From: the human T2T-CHM13v2.0 reference genome, Homo sapiens
Reading direction: 5' to 3' (one strand)
DNA: 64,000 bases
Assembly: GCF_009914755.1 (NCBI RefSeq)
Contig: NC_060928.1
This document shows, in pieces, positions 52,479 to 64,000 of this stretch. Within the stretch, counting starts at the first letter, position 1. Each line of letters starts with the position of its first letter. The notes below the pieces were generated by a model. It worked only from the letters and a program-made list of their open reading frames with translations, had not been told where the DNA came from and did not search any database. Made by a program: the position numbers and the translations under genes.

Positions 52479-55400
52479 GCTGGAGTGACATCAGCAAGAT
52501 GGTTGAGTACAACTCCCCCGTGCTCTTCAAAGACAGCCAGAACAATGAATAAACAATTATGTTTTAACGAAAATAACTGAGAGGGACCTCTGGAGTGCAT
52601 CATGGGAGTGACAGAAACCTGTTGAGCACAGAAACTAAGGAGGACCACATAGAGAATGTAAGAAAATGCCTGGCTTCTACCACTTCATCCCCCAACTGGG
52701 ATCAGCTGGGAACCAGGAGGAACTTCTCCCTATGGTGAGGAGGTAAGCAAAAGGATCCTAGCAATCCCCATCAGCGCCCTGGACACCTATAAACCTCACC
52801 ACTGCAGTCCTCTGCAGTTCTCACAGGCACCAAGCCCAGCTGAGGGAGCTGCCTGGAGTCCACATAGCTGTGCTTTCCACAGGGAAGGAGCTGACACTGT
52901 GCCCTCTCCCCTGTGACCCACACAGCTACTGTGCTACACTATCTTTGAACTGGAACTATGGCTGAAATGTGTCTTGCTTCAGGGGCAAGTAGCCACAGCT
53001 CCCCTTCATCCCTGAGGCTAAGCCATCACTGAACCACCCCAGCCCGGTGGCCTGACATCCACAAGTTGAGCTGCAAATAGCTATTACACCCTTCCCTGTG
53101 GAGCCAAGCAGAGGTGGAAGTGATTTGCTTACCCGTCCCTGTGCTGTCCTGGGCAGAAGCTGAAGAAAATAGTACCTTAGCTACTCAGAGAAGCCATATC
53201 TCTCTGGTACCTAAGCTGAAGCAGTGCCCTGCGTCCCTTGGAAACAGTTCCTTGACCACCCAGAATGGTCATGCACCCCAATACCTAAGTTGAAGTGGCA
53301 CGCTGCATTCCAGGGAAATGATGTCTGGGCTTCCTGGAAAAGTCATGTCCCCCAGGCCTGAGCTGAAGCAGCACATCTTCCTCTGGGAAAGGAAAAAGAG
53401 AAAAAGAAGCTCATTTTATAATGACAAAGGGATCAATTCAGAAAGCGAATATAAGAATTGTAAATACATAGGTACCAAATATAGAGGTATCCAGATATGT
53501 AAGGCAAATGTTATTAGATTTAAAGGAAGAGATAGACTCCAATACAGTAACAGTTGAGGACGTCAATACCCCACTCTCAGCATTGGACAGATTATCCAGA
53601 CAGACAGAAAATCAGCAAAGAAACATTGGATTTAAAATGCATTTTAAACCAAACGGACCTAACAGACATTTATAGAACATTTCATTCAATAGTTGCAGAA
53701 TGTACATTCTTTTCACCAGCACATGGAACATTCTCCAGGATAGAACACATATTAGGCCACAAAATAAGTCTCAACAAATGTAAAAGTATTGAAATCATAT
53801 CAAGTATCTTTTCTGACCACAATGGAATAAAACTAGAAATCAACAACAAAAGGAACTTTGGAAACTGTACAAACACATGGAAATTAAACAGCATGCTCCT
53901 GAAAGACCAATGGGGCAATGAGGAAATTAAGAAGAAACATTTAAAATTTATTGAAACAAATGAAAATACACACACAACACCAAAACAAATGGGGTACAGC
54001 AAAAGCAGCATTAAGAGGTAAGTTTATAGAAATCAACTCTTACATCAAAAGAGTAGAAAGATTTCAAATAAACAACTTAATAATGCATTTTGAGGAACTG
54101 GAAAAGCAAGAACAAACCAAACCCAAAATTAGTAGAAGAAATAATAAAGATCAGAGCAGAAATAAATAAAATTGAGACTAAAAAAATGCAAAAAATCAAC
54201 AAAAGTTTTTTTTTAATGTAAACAAATCCACACACTATTAGCTAGGCTAACCAAGAAACAAGAGAAAAGACCCAATAAATAAAATAGAAATGAAAAAGGA
54301 GATATTACAACTGATACCACAGAAATACAAAGGATCACTAGAGATTATAAGAGCAGCTGTATGATAGTAAATTAGAAAATCTAGCAGAAATGATTAAAAT
54401 GGATAAATTTCTCTATACATATTATCTGAAAAGATTAAACCAAGAAGAAATAGAAAACATGAGCAGATAAATTATAAGCAACAAGATGAATCTATAATAA
54501 AGTCTCCCATCGAAGAGAAGCCCAGGACCTGATGGCTTTACTGTGAAATTCTATCCAACTTTTAAAGAAGAAATAATACCAATTCTTCTAAAACTATTCC
54601 AGAAAATTAAAGAGGAGGGAGTTCTTCCAAACTTATTCTACAAGACCAGCATTACCCTGATACCAAAACCAGACAAAGACAAAACAACAACAAAAAACTA
54701 CAGGCCAATATCCCTGTTGAACATAAGTGCAAAAATCCTCAACAAAATCCAAGCAAACCAAATCTAGCAGCATTATTAAAAGATTATTCACCATAATCAA
54801 GTGGTATTTATCCCAGAGATTCAAGAATGATTCAACATATGCAAATCAATAAACATGATACATCACATTAACAGAATGAAGAACAAAAACTGTGTGTGTC
54901 TCAATAAATGCAGAAAAGCATTTGATAAAACTCAATGATTTTTCATGATAAAAATTATCAACAAGTTAGGTATAGAAGGAATGTATTCCAATGCAATAAA
55001 GTCTATATATGACAAACTTATAGTCAGCATCATACTGAAAGGGGAAAATGTTGAAAGCTTTTCCTCTGCAACCTGGAATAAGACAAGGAAGCCCACTTTC
55101 ATCATTTGTATTCAACAGGGTACTGGAAGCCCTAGCCAGAACAATTAGGCCAAAGAAAGAAACAAAAGGCATCCAAATTGGAAAAAAAGAAGTTAAATTA
55201 TCCCTGTTTGCAGATGACATGATCTCATATGTAGAAAACCCTAAGTTCCACCAAAAAAAATCTCTTAGGACTGATAAACAAATTCAGCAAAGTTGCAAGA
55301 TAAAAAATCAAGGAAAAAAATCAACAGGGTTTCTATACACCAACAATAAACTATCTGAAAAAGAAACCAAGACAACAACCTCACTTACAATAGCGATAAA

Positions 55401-55848
55401 AATAAATAAATAAATAAAATACCCAGGAATATGTTTAACCAAAGAGGTGAAAGATCTCTACAGAGAAAACTATAAAACAATGCTGAAAAAAGTTGAAGAC
55501 ACACACAAAAAAGGAAAGATATCCCATGTTCATAGATTAGAAGAATTAATATTATGAAAATGACCATACCACCAAAGCAATCTACAAATTCAATGCAATC
55601 CTCTATCAAAATACCAATGACATTTTTCACAGAAGTAGAAAAAATATTCCTAAAATTCATATGGAACAAGAAAAGACTGAATAACCAAAGCAATCCTGAG
55701 CAAAAACAGCAATAACAAAAATAAAAACAAAGCTGAAGGAATCACACTATCAAACTACAAAGCTGTAGTAACCAAAGCAATACGTTACTGGCAATGGAAC
55801 AAAATACAGACCCCAGAAATAAGTCCACTTATTTTCAGCCAAATGATG

Positions 55849-58800
55849 TTCTTTTTCTTTTTTGGTGGGAAGTTCATTGATTTTTACAATCAAAATTCGT
55901 CTATGAATCTGATAAAGACCTTCAGACAATTTGAAGTTTTGCAAATAAGGTTTGGGAAGCCCTCTTGTAGACCAGTTTTGTCCTCAAGTCTGTCCCCCAG
56001 AAGCCATCAGAAGTCTCCATCACCCCTGGGCTCCAGATTGCTTTTGGCCCTACTCCCAGGAGATTTGGGGGCAGGGATCTCCCTTTCCTATTCATCGTTC
56101 TCACCCCCACCCTTTTCAGCGATGGAGCTGGAGTTCCAGGCCCACGTGGTGAATGAGATCGTGAGTGTCAAGAGGGAGTATGTAGTTCAGCTGGTGCCCT
56201 GCTTCCAGGTGCCAGTGAGTCAAGTCAGGAAGAGGATGACAGGAGGGCTAATGGAGGCAGGAAGGTGGGGGATGCAGGGCCAGAGGCATGAACCCACACC
56301 CCTGCTGCCCACTCCCCATCTCCCGCTGGAAAACCCCAGTTTTTCCCCTTCCAGTTGAGCCTGAATAACACAGCGCTAAAGTCCATCATAGCTCTATTGG
56401 CGCCTGAGGGGCACTTATATTGGCCGTCATGTGTAGGGGGGCTGCTGCCCCTCCAGGCCATCAAGCGCATTGTTTCCAAGATGACACTGCTGCTGGGCTA
56501 CCTCTCTTACGCTCCTCCCTGGTGCAGGCCCTGCCCAGCATCTCCTGCAACCCGCTCCTCAGTAAGTTCTACTTCCTTACCTGGCCTTCCTGGTTTCTCC
56601 CACCTGCTGTCACCCATACCAGGGTGTTTCAGCTCAGCTCCCTGGACATCAGAGGCACAGGACCTGGCCCCTAACCATCCCACCTGCCCTCCCACCTCCA
56701 GTTTACTACATCAGCGTCCTGCTGCTGCTGCTCTTCCTCAGTGCCACAGAGATTGTGCTGCTGGCTGGGCTGCTGGCCTGGGGCAACTTTGGGGCTATGA
56801 GCAGCCCCAGACTAGTCCTGAGAGAGGAAAAGCAAGATTATGAGGATCCAGGGTCTAATCCTGAAAGTGGATGGAGGTTGAGGCACCTTCCTGGGGGTGA
56901 GGGGTAAGGAATGAGGCCTAAGTGCAGGTTGGAACAGAGAAAAACTGGCAGGTTGCCTGCCTAGGGCTGGGTGAGGTTGCTAGGTGGGTATGGCTCCTTG
57001 CACCAACCCTGCTGGCTCTCCTGTCCCTGGACTCCACCATATCCTTTCTTGTTAGAGGCAGATCTGCATCAGGGGCAAGCTTGGCCTCCCTAAAGGCCCA
57101 GGTGACCTCAGCTCTCCAAGATAACATGTTGCCTTGTGGAGCCTCTCTAAGATGGTGTTTTTTTCCATCGAAGATGGCCCGCAATGGACCAGACCCAAAC
57201 GTTCATTAACTGAGACTTTCCAGAAGGGATAGAGTCTGATGACCCCTGGGGTTCATCCTTCTGCTCATGTTGGTTGGTGGGGGGAGCCTGAAGAATGACT
57301 CCTTTCTCTGCATCTTTGCCTCATGGAAGCACCCAGAAGAATAAAGTGGTCAAAGAGAAGCTGGGCTGAGACTGTTGACCGTGACTTCTTTCTCATGTAT
57401 GTGGCCTGGGTGCTGTGCAGCCAATTCATCTTCATGGGAATTTGGATGTGAGCAGCATGCAAGTCCAACTCAGCCCCTAGAGAGGCTGTACCCCATGACA
57501 AGCAGCCAAGGCTGTAACTGCATTGGGCCTGGGTTGCAGACTTGAGGATGCAGTTTCGGTTTCCCATGGCTGGGGGTAGAGCCAAGACAGGGTCTCTGGA
57601 GAGCTGAGGAGGAAAGTCAGATCTCGTCTCTATCTCCGGAAGACCCTAAACCACCCTGAGCTCTCCCTCTGTTAGCATATAAGCAAAGAGCTTGAAATAA
57701 ACCCATCCCCAAGTGCGAGTACACCTCAAGGGTCTGTCTTCATTGAACTCAGCTATTCATTCTGATCCTAAGTAGGTAGGCCCTTACTTTTCATCCCCAC
57801 TTTTCTCCTGAATTTCTCTCCACTGTCCACCAGTCTCCCAGTCCATAGGCATGCAGCCTCACTTCTCCTTCTGCAACCATTGCTGTTTGGCCCTGGGCCA
57901 GGAGGCACTAATGCTGGGAAGTGGGAGACGGGGGCCTGGGAAGCAGGCCACAGAGGGTGGGTCAGGGCTCCTTTTCTGAATGCCTCCTAGAGAGTACTGG
58001 ACCCCAGAGGGAATGGCGAGCAGGCAGGCACTCCTGCCCCCAGTCACCTAGGGGACTCCTAGGAGATGGAACAGCCCCAGACCTCAGGTCTGTGGGCAAT
58101 GGGGAATGTGTTTTCTGCACAAAATCCAAGAGAACCTGATTGCTTTTCCCCAGGCCTTCTGACTACTCCTCTGAGAACTACCCACATTTTTGGACTGAAA
58201 AGGAAGTGCTAGTACCCATTTTTGACTGAGGCCAGAGGTAGGGCTGTTCTGCCCTCCTGCTTTTGGTACACATGAGGCAGCTGTGGGCACAGGCCTCTGT
58301 CTTCTTTCTCTCCTATCCTATTTCACAAGCTATCAGCGTCACAAAACCCAAGATGAGAAGGAACCCAGCTTTCTTGGTGAATGCTGGTTTGGTTGGAAAC
58401 ATGGGCTACGGGGAAAAAGCAGAAACCAAGACTAGAGGGCTCAGGGAGGGGGGCTCCTGGATGGGGCAGTGAAGACAAGTCTCTTTCCTAAAGGACTTCA
58501 AACTCACCCAGCCCAGAGGCAAGTTATCTGTCCAGTGACCTGGCTAGTCTGGCACAACCAGGCAGGGCTAGCGGAAGACTCAGGCAGAGGTGTTGAAAAG
58601 GTGATTGGTCATGTCATCCACCTGCTCCATGTGTATATGTACTTCTCCAGGCTCTTGGTGAAGGACATGCTGCTGAACTTGTGCCGAGAGGCCCCATAGG
58701 TTTCCTTGACAATGTTTTTTTGGGCCTGGAAAATCCTGTCCTTCTTCTCTGTGTCTGAAATAGCCCAGGCCTTTTGGATCTTGCACAGTTCTTCAAGGCC

Positions 58801-60696
58801 ATCATTGAAGCCCTTGAAACACTCCTTGATCATCTGCTGCTCCTTTTTCTAGAGTTTGACTCCTGGTTGGAACACAAGTATATTGTTCTCTGTGAAATAT
58901 TCAGTCACCTTTAGCCAGCTGCACTGGTAAGTCGGGATCTACTGCTCAATATGCTCCCAGTGGGGGTGCTCAGCAGTCTGCTGAGTCACAGCCACCAGCT
59001 AGATCAGCTCAGACTTCAGGAACTTGAGGATGTAGTTGTAGTTTTTATGCAGGAAGATGGTGCTCAGAGTTGGGTCCTCATATACCTTGGACTTGCTCAG
59101 CAAGTTCAACTGCAGGCTGCCCAGAATTTTACAGATATAGATGCTTAGCAGTCACTTGCTGAACTTGGAACCATGGCTGTGGCTGAAGAACTGGCCTCCT
59201 GGGAAGCCAGCATGTTACCCACCATCTCCTGGAAGTCCAGAAGCTGCTGCAGGAAGAGGATGACGTTGCTTGTGAGCATGGTGCCATTCTTGGGCATGTT
59301 GCATTCATTGTCGAGGTCATTTTTGATGTTATCCACAAAGTCCTCCAGTGCTTTGGCTCCAATAGACTCTAGGGAGATGATGAGGCCAGGTGATTTGTTC
59401 TTGCTGATGGCGGCCATGCCCTAGAGCACCTGGTCAAACTCAGGCTTGCTGTGCTTAGGCCCTGCGGGATGGAGAAGACAGTAAGCACCATGGAAAAGTT
59501 GTGTCAAATGATGGCCTCTGAGCAGGAGACAATACTCTCCCCTTCAGGTATCAGCCCATCCAGCACATCCTGTATCAGAGTCAAAGGTCTTCTCCTGATG
59601 GTGCTCAGCGATGATGTCAGCCAGCAACTGACACTCACTCTAGGTCAGCTTGACAAAGGTACTGACACAGTGAACGTAGGCATCAGTCTTCATGTCCACC
59701 ATCTCTCCTGGCCAGCAGCCTATGCTTGTCATTCAAGGCCTCGGACAGGTGCTTAACTTTGAAATTATTCTCTTGACCTTCCAAAGGAAGGAGGTTAGAG
59801 CATCCCTTTTCTGCAACTAAGCCATGCTTGGAATGAATACTGTTTTCAGAAGGTTTTGAGCCTTATGACATCCCTGGCCACTTGACTGGCTTTTTGGCAG
59901 GTGTCTTTTTCCTCTTGTTGGGGATAGAAGGGCAGTAGGGAATTCCAGAAAAAGAACTGTTCTTCCAGAAATACTTCTCCAGGCCTTGATGAAGCGGTCC
60001 AGCTGGCTGGAGCAAATCTTGTAGTAGACTTTCATAAATTCTTGGTTGCAGCTGTATTCCACCAGCCAGCAGGCGATGCAGATTACATCCTGGATCACAC
60101 TCTTGGGCAGGTGCTCCAGGGACATAATCTCCTGTACCTCCAGATCATCATCACCACCGATCAGATCCAGGATGAGCACAGGTGATACAAACTTATTGTG
60201 CCTGGTCATCAGGCTGCAGAGCTCAGATGTGTGTTCTGGGCTGTCTGGGCTATTGTCCTGGAAATACTCCACAGCCTTCTGAATCTTAGCCATGCTTCCC
60301 AGATACTCTTCCGGCCTACCTGTGGGGCCCTCTCTGATGATCTGCTAAGTGTCACTGGCAACATGGTAAGAGTTGATGATGTGGTCCAGGATGGATAGTG
60401 TCTTCTCAAAATTGTCTTGCAGCTGCTGCAGATTATCTGTCTGCTTGTGCACCAGGATGATGGAATTCTCCAGCTTTATATGGTAGCTCTCATATGATGA
60501 CAGGATAGACATCATGTTCTTGGTGAGCTGGTCACTTTTCTCCAGGCTGTCTTGAATATAGGACAGCACCTCCTCCTCCTGATTCAGCTTCTCTTCAATC
60601 TCTGGCAGCCAGGTGAATGCCTCCAGTGGAAGGATCATATCTGCAAACCCTATGGCTCCCACTTCCTAGTTTCACTCCTCAGCGCTCCCCACCCTG
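55849..60696 (-). pseudogene. EXOC7P1: Processed pseudogene of EXOC7 (Exo70): 5'UTR, CDS remnant 60638-58580, ~2.7-kb 3'UTR, decayed poly(A)
   Basis: ORFs EIEEKLNQEEEVLSYIQDSLEKSDQLTKNM, MAKIQKAVEYFQDNSPDSPE, IGAKALEDFVDNIKND, IKECFKGFNDGLEELCKIQKAWAISDTE, EQVDDMTNHLFNTSA* match EXOC7 collinearly with no introns, many stops/frameshifts; T-run at 55849-55863; L1 ORF2 continues on both sides. Confidence 0.96.
56120..57517 (+). pseudogene. ZACNP1: Partial intron-containing ZACN pseudogene (last four coding exons: 56120-56214, 56355-56561, 56702-~56866, ~57327-57517)
   Basis: Translations [114 protein letters not shown] match recalled human ZACN; GT-AG boundaries visible; frameshifts and premature TGA at 57449-57451. 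Confidence 0.92.
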
Positions 60697-62148
60697 CAAC
60701 TGACTATAAATAAAGGCACTAAGAGCATTCATTGGTGGGAGGGACAGTTTCTTCAATAAATGGTGCTGGGAAAACTGGATAGCCACGTGCAGAAAAATGA
60801 AACTAGAACCCTATCTCTTACCATATAAAACAATAAACTCAAAATGGGTTAAAGATTTAAATATAAGACCCAAAACTATGAAACTAGTAGGAGAAAATAT
60901 AGGGTAAACACTTAAGGACATTGGTCTGGGCAAAGAGTTTATGGAGAAGACCTTAAAAGCACATGTAATGAAAGCAAAAATAGATAAGTGGGATTATATG
61001 AAACTAAAAACTTCTGTGCAGCAAAGAAAGCAACCAACAGAGTGAAGCGACAACCTGCAGAATGGGAGAAGATATTTGCAAACTATCCATCTGACAAGGG
61101 ATTAAATCCAGAATATATAAGGAACTCAAACAAGTCAACAGCAAAATAATAATCATAATTCATTAAAACATGGGCAAATGAGCTGAATAGACATCCCTTG
61201 TAAGAAGAGATACAAATGGCCAACAGGTACATTAAAAATGCTCAATGTCATTAATCATCAGGAAAATGCAAATCAAAGCCACAAAGAGATACTATCTTAC
61301 CACAGTTAGAAAGGCTTTTATCAAAAAGATAAAAAGTAACAAATGCTGGGGAGGATGTGGAGAAAAGGGAACTCTTACATGCTATTGGTGGGAATGTGAA
61401 CTAGTACAGCCATTATGGAAAACAGTATGGAGGTTCCTTAAAAAACTAAAAGTAGAGCTAACACATGATCCAGCAATCCCACCACTGGGTATATATCCAA
61501 AGAAATATGGAGCATGTTAAAGAGATGTCTACTCTTTCATGTTTACTGCCCCAGTATTAACAATAGCTAGGATATGGACTCAGATTAATCTAAGTGTCCA
61601 TCATCAGATGAATGAATTAAAAAAAGTTACATATAGACAATTGAATACTATTTAGCCATAAAAATAACAAAGTTCTGTCATTTGTGAGAACATGGATGAG
61701 CTTCGAGGATATTATATTAAGTGAAATACACCACACAAAGATAAATATTGCACACTATCACTCATGTGAGGAAGCTAACGAAGTTATCTTGTAGAAGTAG
61801 AGAGCAATTACTAGAGACCAGGAATGGTAGAGGAAGGAGGGGATTGCCTAAGGTTGGTTAATGAACACAAAAGTAATGCTAGTTAGAAGGAATAAGGTCT
61901 AGTGAGGTCTAGTGTTCTATAGCATGATAGGTGGCTATAATTAACAACAATCTGTTGCATATGTTCAAGTAGTTAAAAGCACAGATTTTGAATGTCCCCA
62001 ATACAAGTAATGATAAATGTTTGAGGTGATAGATATTCTAATTATTCTGATTTAATCATTAGACATCGTATACATGTGTTGGAATATCACACTGTTCCCC
62101 ATGATATGTACAATTATTATGTGTCAATTAAAAATAATATAAAAGCAA

Positions 62149-64000
62149 AAAATATATATACCATTTAAAATAGCAGCAAAAGTTGTTAGATATGATTCTA
62201 TTAAAATATGTATAAGATCCGTATGTTGAAACTACAAAACTATAATGAAAGAAATCAATGAAGACCTACATAAATGGAGTGCTATGTCATGCTCAAGGAT
62301 TGTTAAGATGCCAATTTCCCCCAATTTGACCTACAGATTTAAAACAAAAATTCAAGCAGTTTTCTGTGGGTATCAAAAATGTGATTTTTAATATTGCCCC
62401 CTCCCAACCACAGAAAAGCAAAGAACTAAGATTAGCCAAACAATTCTGAAAAAAATAACAAAGTTGGAAGACTCCTATTACTGAATTCCAAGACTTACTG
62501 TAACGCCTCAGTAATCAAGACAATGTGGAAATAGGAAAATGATAGACACATACATCAATGAAAAGTGTAGAGAGCCCAGAAATAGTTGATCCACATAAAT
62601 ATAGTCAACTTATTTTTAACAAAGGTGCAAAGACAATTCAATAGAGAAATGATAGTCTTTTCAACAAATAGTACTGGAACAATTAGGGATTCATGCACAG
62701 CAAAATGAATCTCAATGTATACCTCACACATTATACAAAAATTAACTCAAAATGTATCAGACCTGAAGATGAAATGTAAAACTATAAAACTTCTGAAAAA
62801 AAAAAACATGGGAGAAAATCTGTATAATCTTGGGTTAAGCAAAGAGTTTTTAGCTACAACACCAAAAGCATAATTCCCAAGAAAAAAACAGGTAAATTGG
62901 ACTTAATCAAAATTTAAAACTCTTACTCCATGAAAGACACTACTAAGGGAATGAAAAGACAAGCAACACACTGGGAGAAAATATTTGCAAGTAATATTTC
63001 TGACAAGAATTTTATCTAGAAAATATAAAGAACTCTAAAACTCAATGATAAGAAAACAAACAACCCAATTAAAAATGGGCAAAAGATCTGAAAAGACACT
63101 ACACTTAAAAAGACATACAGATGGCAAATAAGCATATGAAAAGATGCTGAATATCATTTGTCACTAGGGAAATGCAAATTAAAACAATCATGAGATACCA
63201 CTACACATCTATTAGAATGGCTAAAATAAAAAAAATGCAATATCAAATGCTGGTGAGAAATGCAGAGCTCTCATTCATTGCTACTGGGAATGCAAAATGC
63301 TATACGACTTTGGAAGACAGTTTGGCAGTTTCTTATAGAGTTAGACATAGGCTTACCGTATACCCAGCAATCATTCTCTTAGGCATTACCTAACTGTTTT
63401 TAAATCTTATGTTCACACAAAAACTGCATGCAAATGTTTATAGCAGTTTTATTCATAATTACTCAAAACTGGAATTAACCAAGATTTCCTTCAGTAGGTG
63501 AATGGATGAACAAACTGTGGTATATCCATACAATGAAATACTATTCAGCAATGAATAGTATTTATTAGCCATTCCTTCACTCACCTGCATGGATGAGTCA
63601 CAAATGCATTTTACAAGTGAAAGAAGCCAGGGCAAGAATACACAATATAATTCACATACAATATTACATACACAATATAATTCAAACCATATGATATTCT
63701 GGAAAAGGTCAAAGTTATACGGATAGAAAACATATCAGTGGTGCCAAGAGTTTAGGGGGAAAGAGGTATTTGACTAGGGGAAGCATTGGGCATCTTTAAA
63801 GTGTGATGGAACTAATCTGTGGTACTGTGGTGGCAAATACATGATCCTATGTATTGGTCAAAACACAGAGAACTTTGCAGCACAAAGAATGAACCTTAAT
63901 GTATGCAAATAAAAAATCGACGAAGAGGTCAACAGATCTCAGGATAGACTGTAGACTCTGACAAAAGAATATAATTGTATTACAAATATATGACATAACC
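62149..64000 (+). mobile_element. Old L1 (L1MC3-like) ORF2 3' half and 3'UTR, right part, runs off the window
   Basis: ORF2 C-terminal remnant MQIKTIMRYHYTSIRMAKIK; L1MC3-type 3' sequence aattgtattacaaatatatgacataacc. Confidence 0.85.

Larger units (their letters stand above)
52479..62148 (+). mobile_element. L1MA5-like LINE with 5'UTR but no ORF1, interrupted by the EXOC7 retrocopy
   Basis: 5' end ggagtgacatcagcaagatgg; ORF2 EN/RT remnants (HGTFSRIEHILGHK, SDHNGIKLEIN, GIRQGSPLS, LSLFADDMI); 3' end atgtacaattattatgtgtcaattaaaaataa; TSD aaaacatatat / aaaatatatat. Confidence 0.88.

Noticed and set aside
53554-55693. Endonuclease/reverse-transcriptase-like ORFs as an active RT system
   Set aside because: Fragmented ORF2 of an ancient L1 with many stops.
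55843-56843. 171-aa and 162-aa + strand ORFs as a novel membrane-protein gene
   Set aside because: They are chance read-throughs of ZACN pseudo-exons into intron sequence; frameshifts, a premature stop and no N-terminal exons.
58580-60662. EXOC7-like ORFs as a functional retrogene
   Set aside because: CDS is split across frames by many stops, frameshifts and deletions (first stop after ..VASDT).
63638-63684. 17-bp direct repeat atacacaatataattca
   Set aside because: Ordinary micro-duplication inside a decayed L1; similar ones occur at ~32295, ~32878 and ~44278.

Overview
Primate non-coding genomic DNA, almost certainly human (it carries AluY and an SVA with SVA_E-type diagnostics). I find no intact protein-coding gene, RNA gene or CRISPR array. 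The first ~45 kb is intergenic sequence with Alu, MIR, L2, L1 and MaLR repeats, a 23-bp minisatellite born inside an L1 3' end, and a repeat-poor, TF-motif-rich block (~10.4-12.6 kb) that could be an enhancer. From 44.9 kb to the end is a stack of retroposition events: a full MSTB provirus inside a MIR with a THE1 solo LTR nested in it, a decayed RPSA retrocopy, a full-length SVA with an apparent 5' transduction, and an old L1MC-like element containing an L1MA5-like element that itself contains a ~4.85-kb processed EXOC7 pseudogene. The most striking feature is that the long 3'UTR of the EXOC7 retrocopy carries, on the opposite strand, the last four coding exons of the zinc-activated channel gene ZACN with their introns and most splice sites: an intron-containing gene fragment moved by retroposition of its antisense partner. 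From memory this matches the RPSAP34/ZACNP1/EXOC7P1 cluster on human 4q25 between LEF1 and RPL34; that placement and all subfamily calls are from recall and need BLAT/RepeatMasker confirmation.
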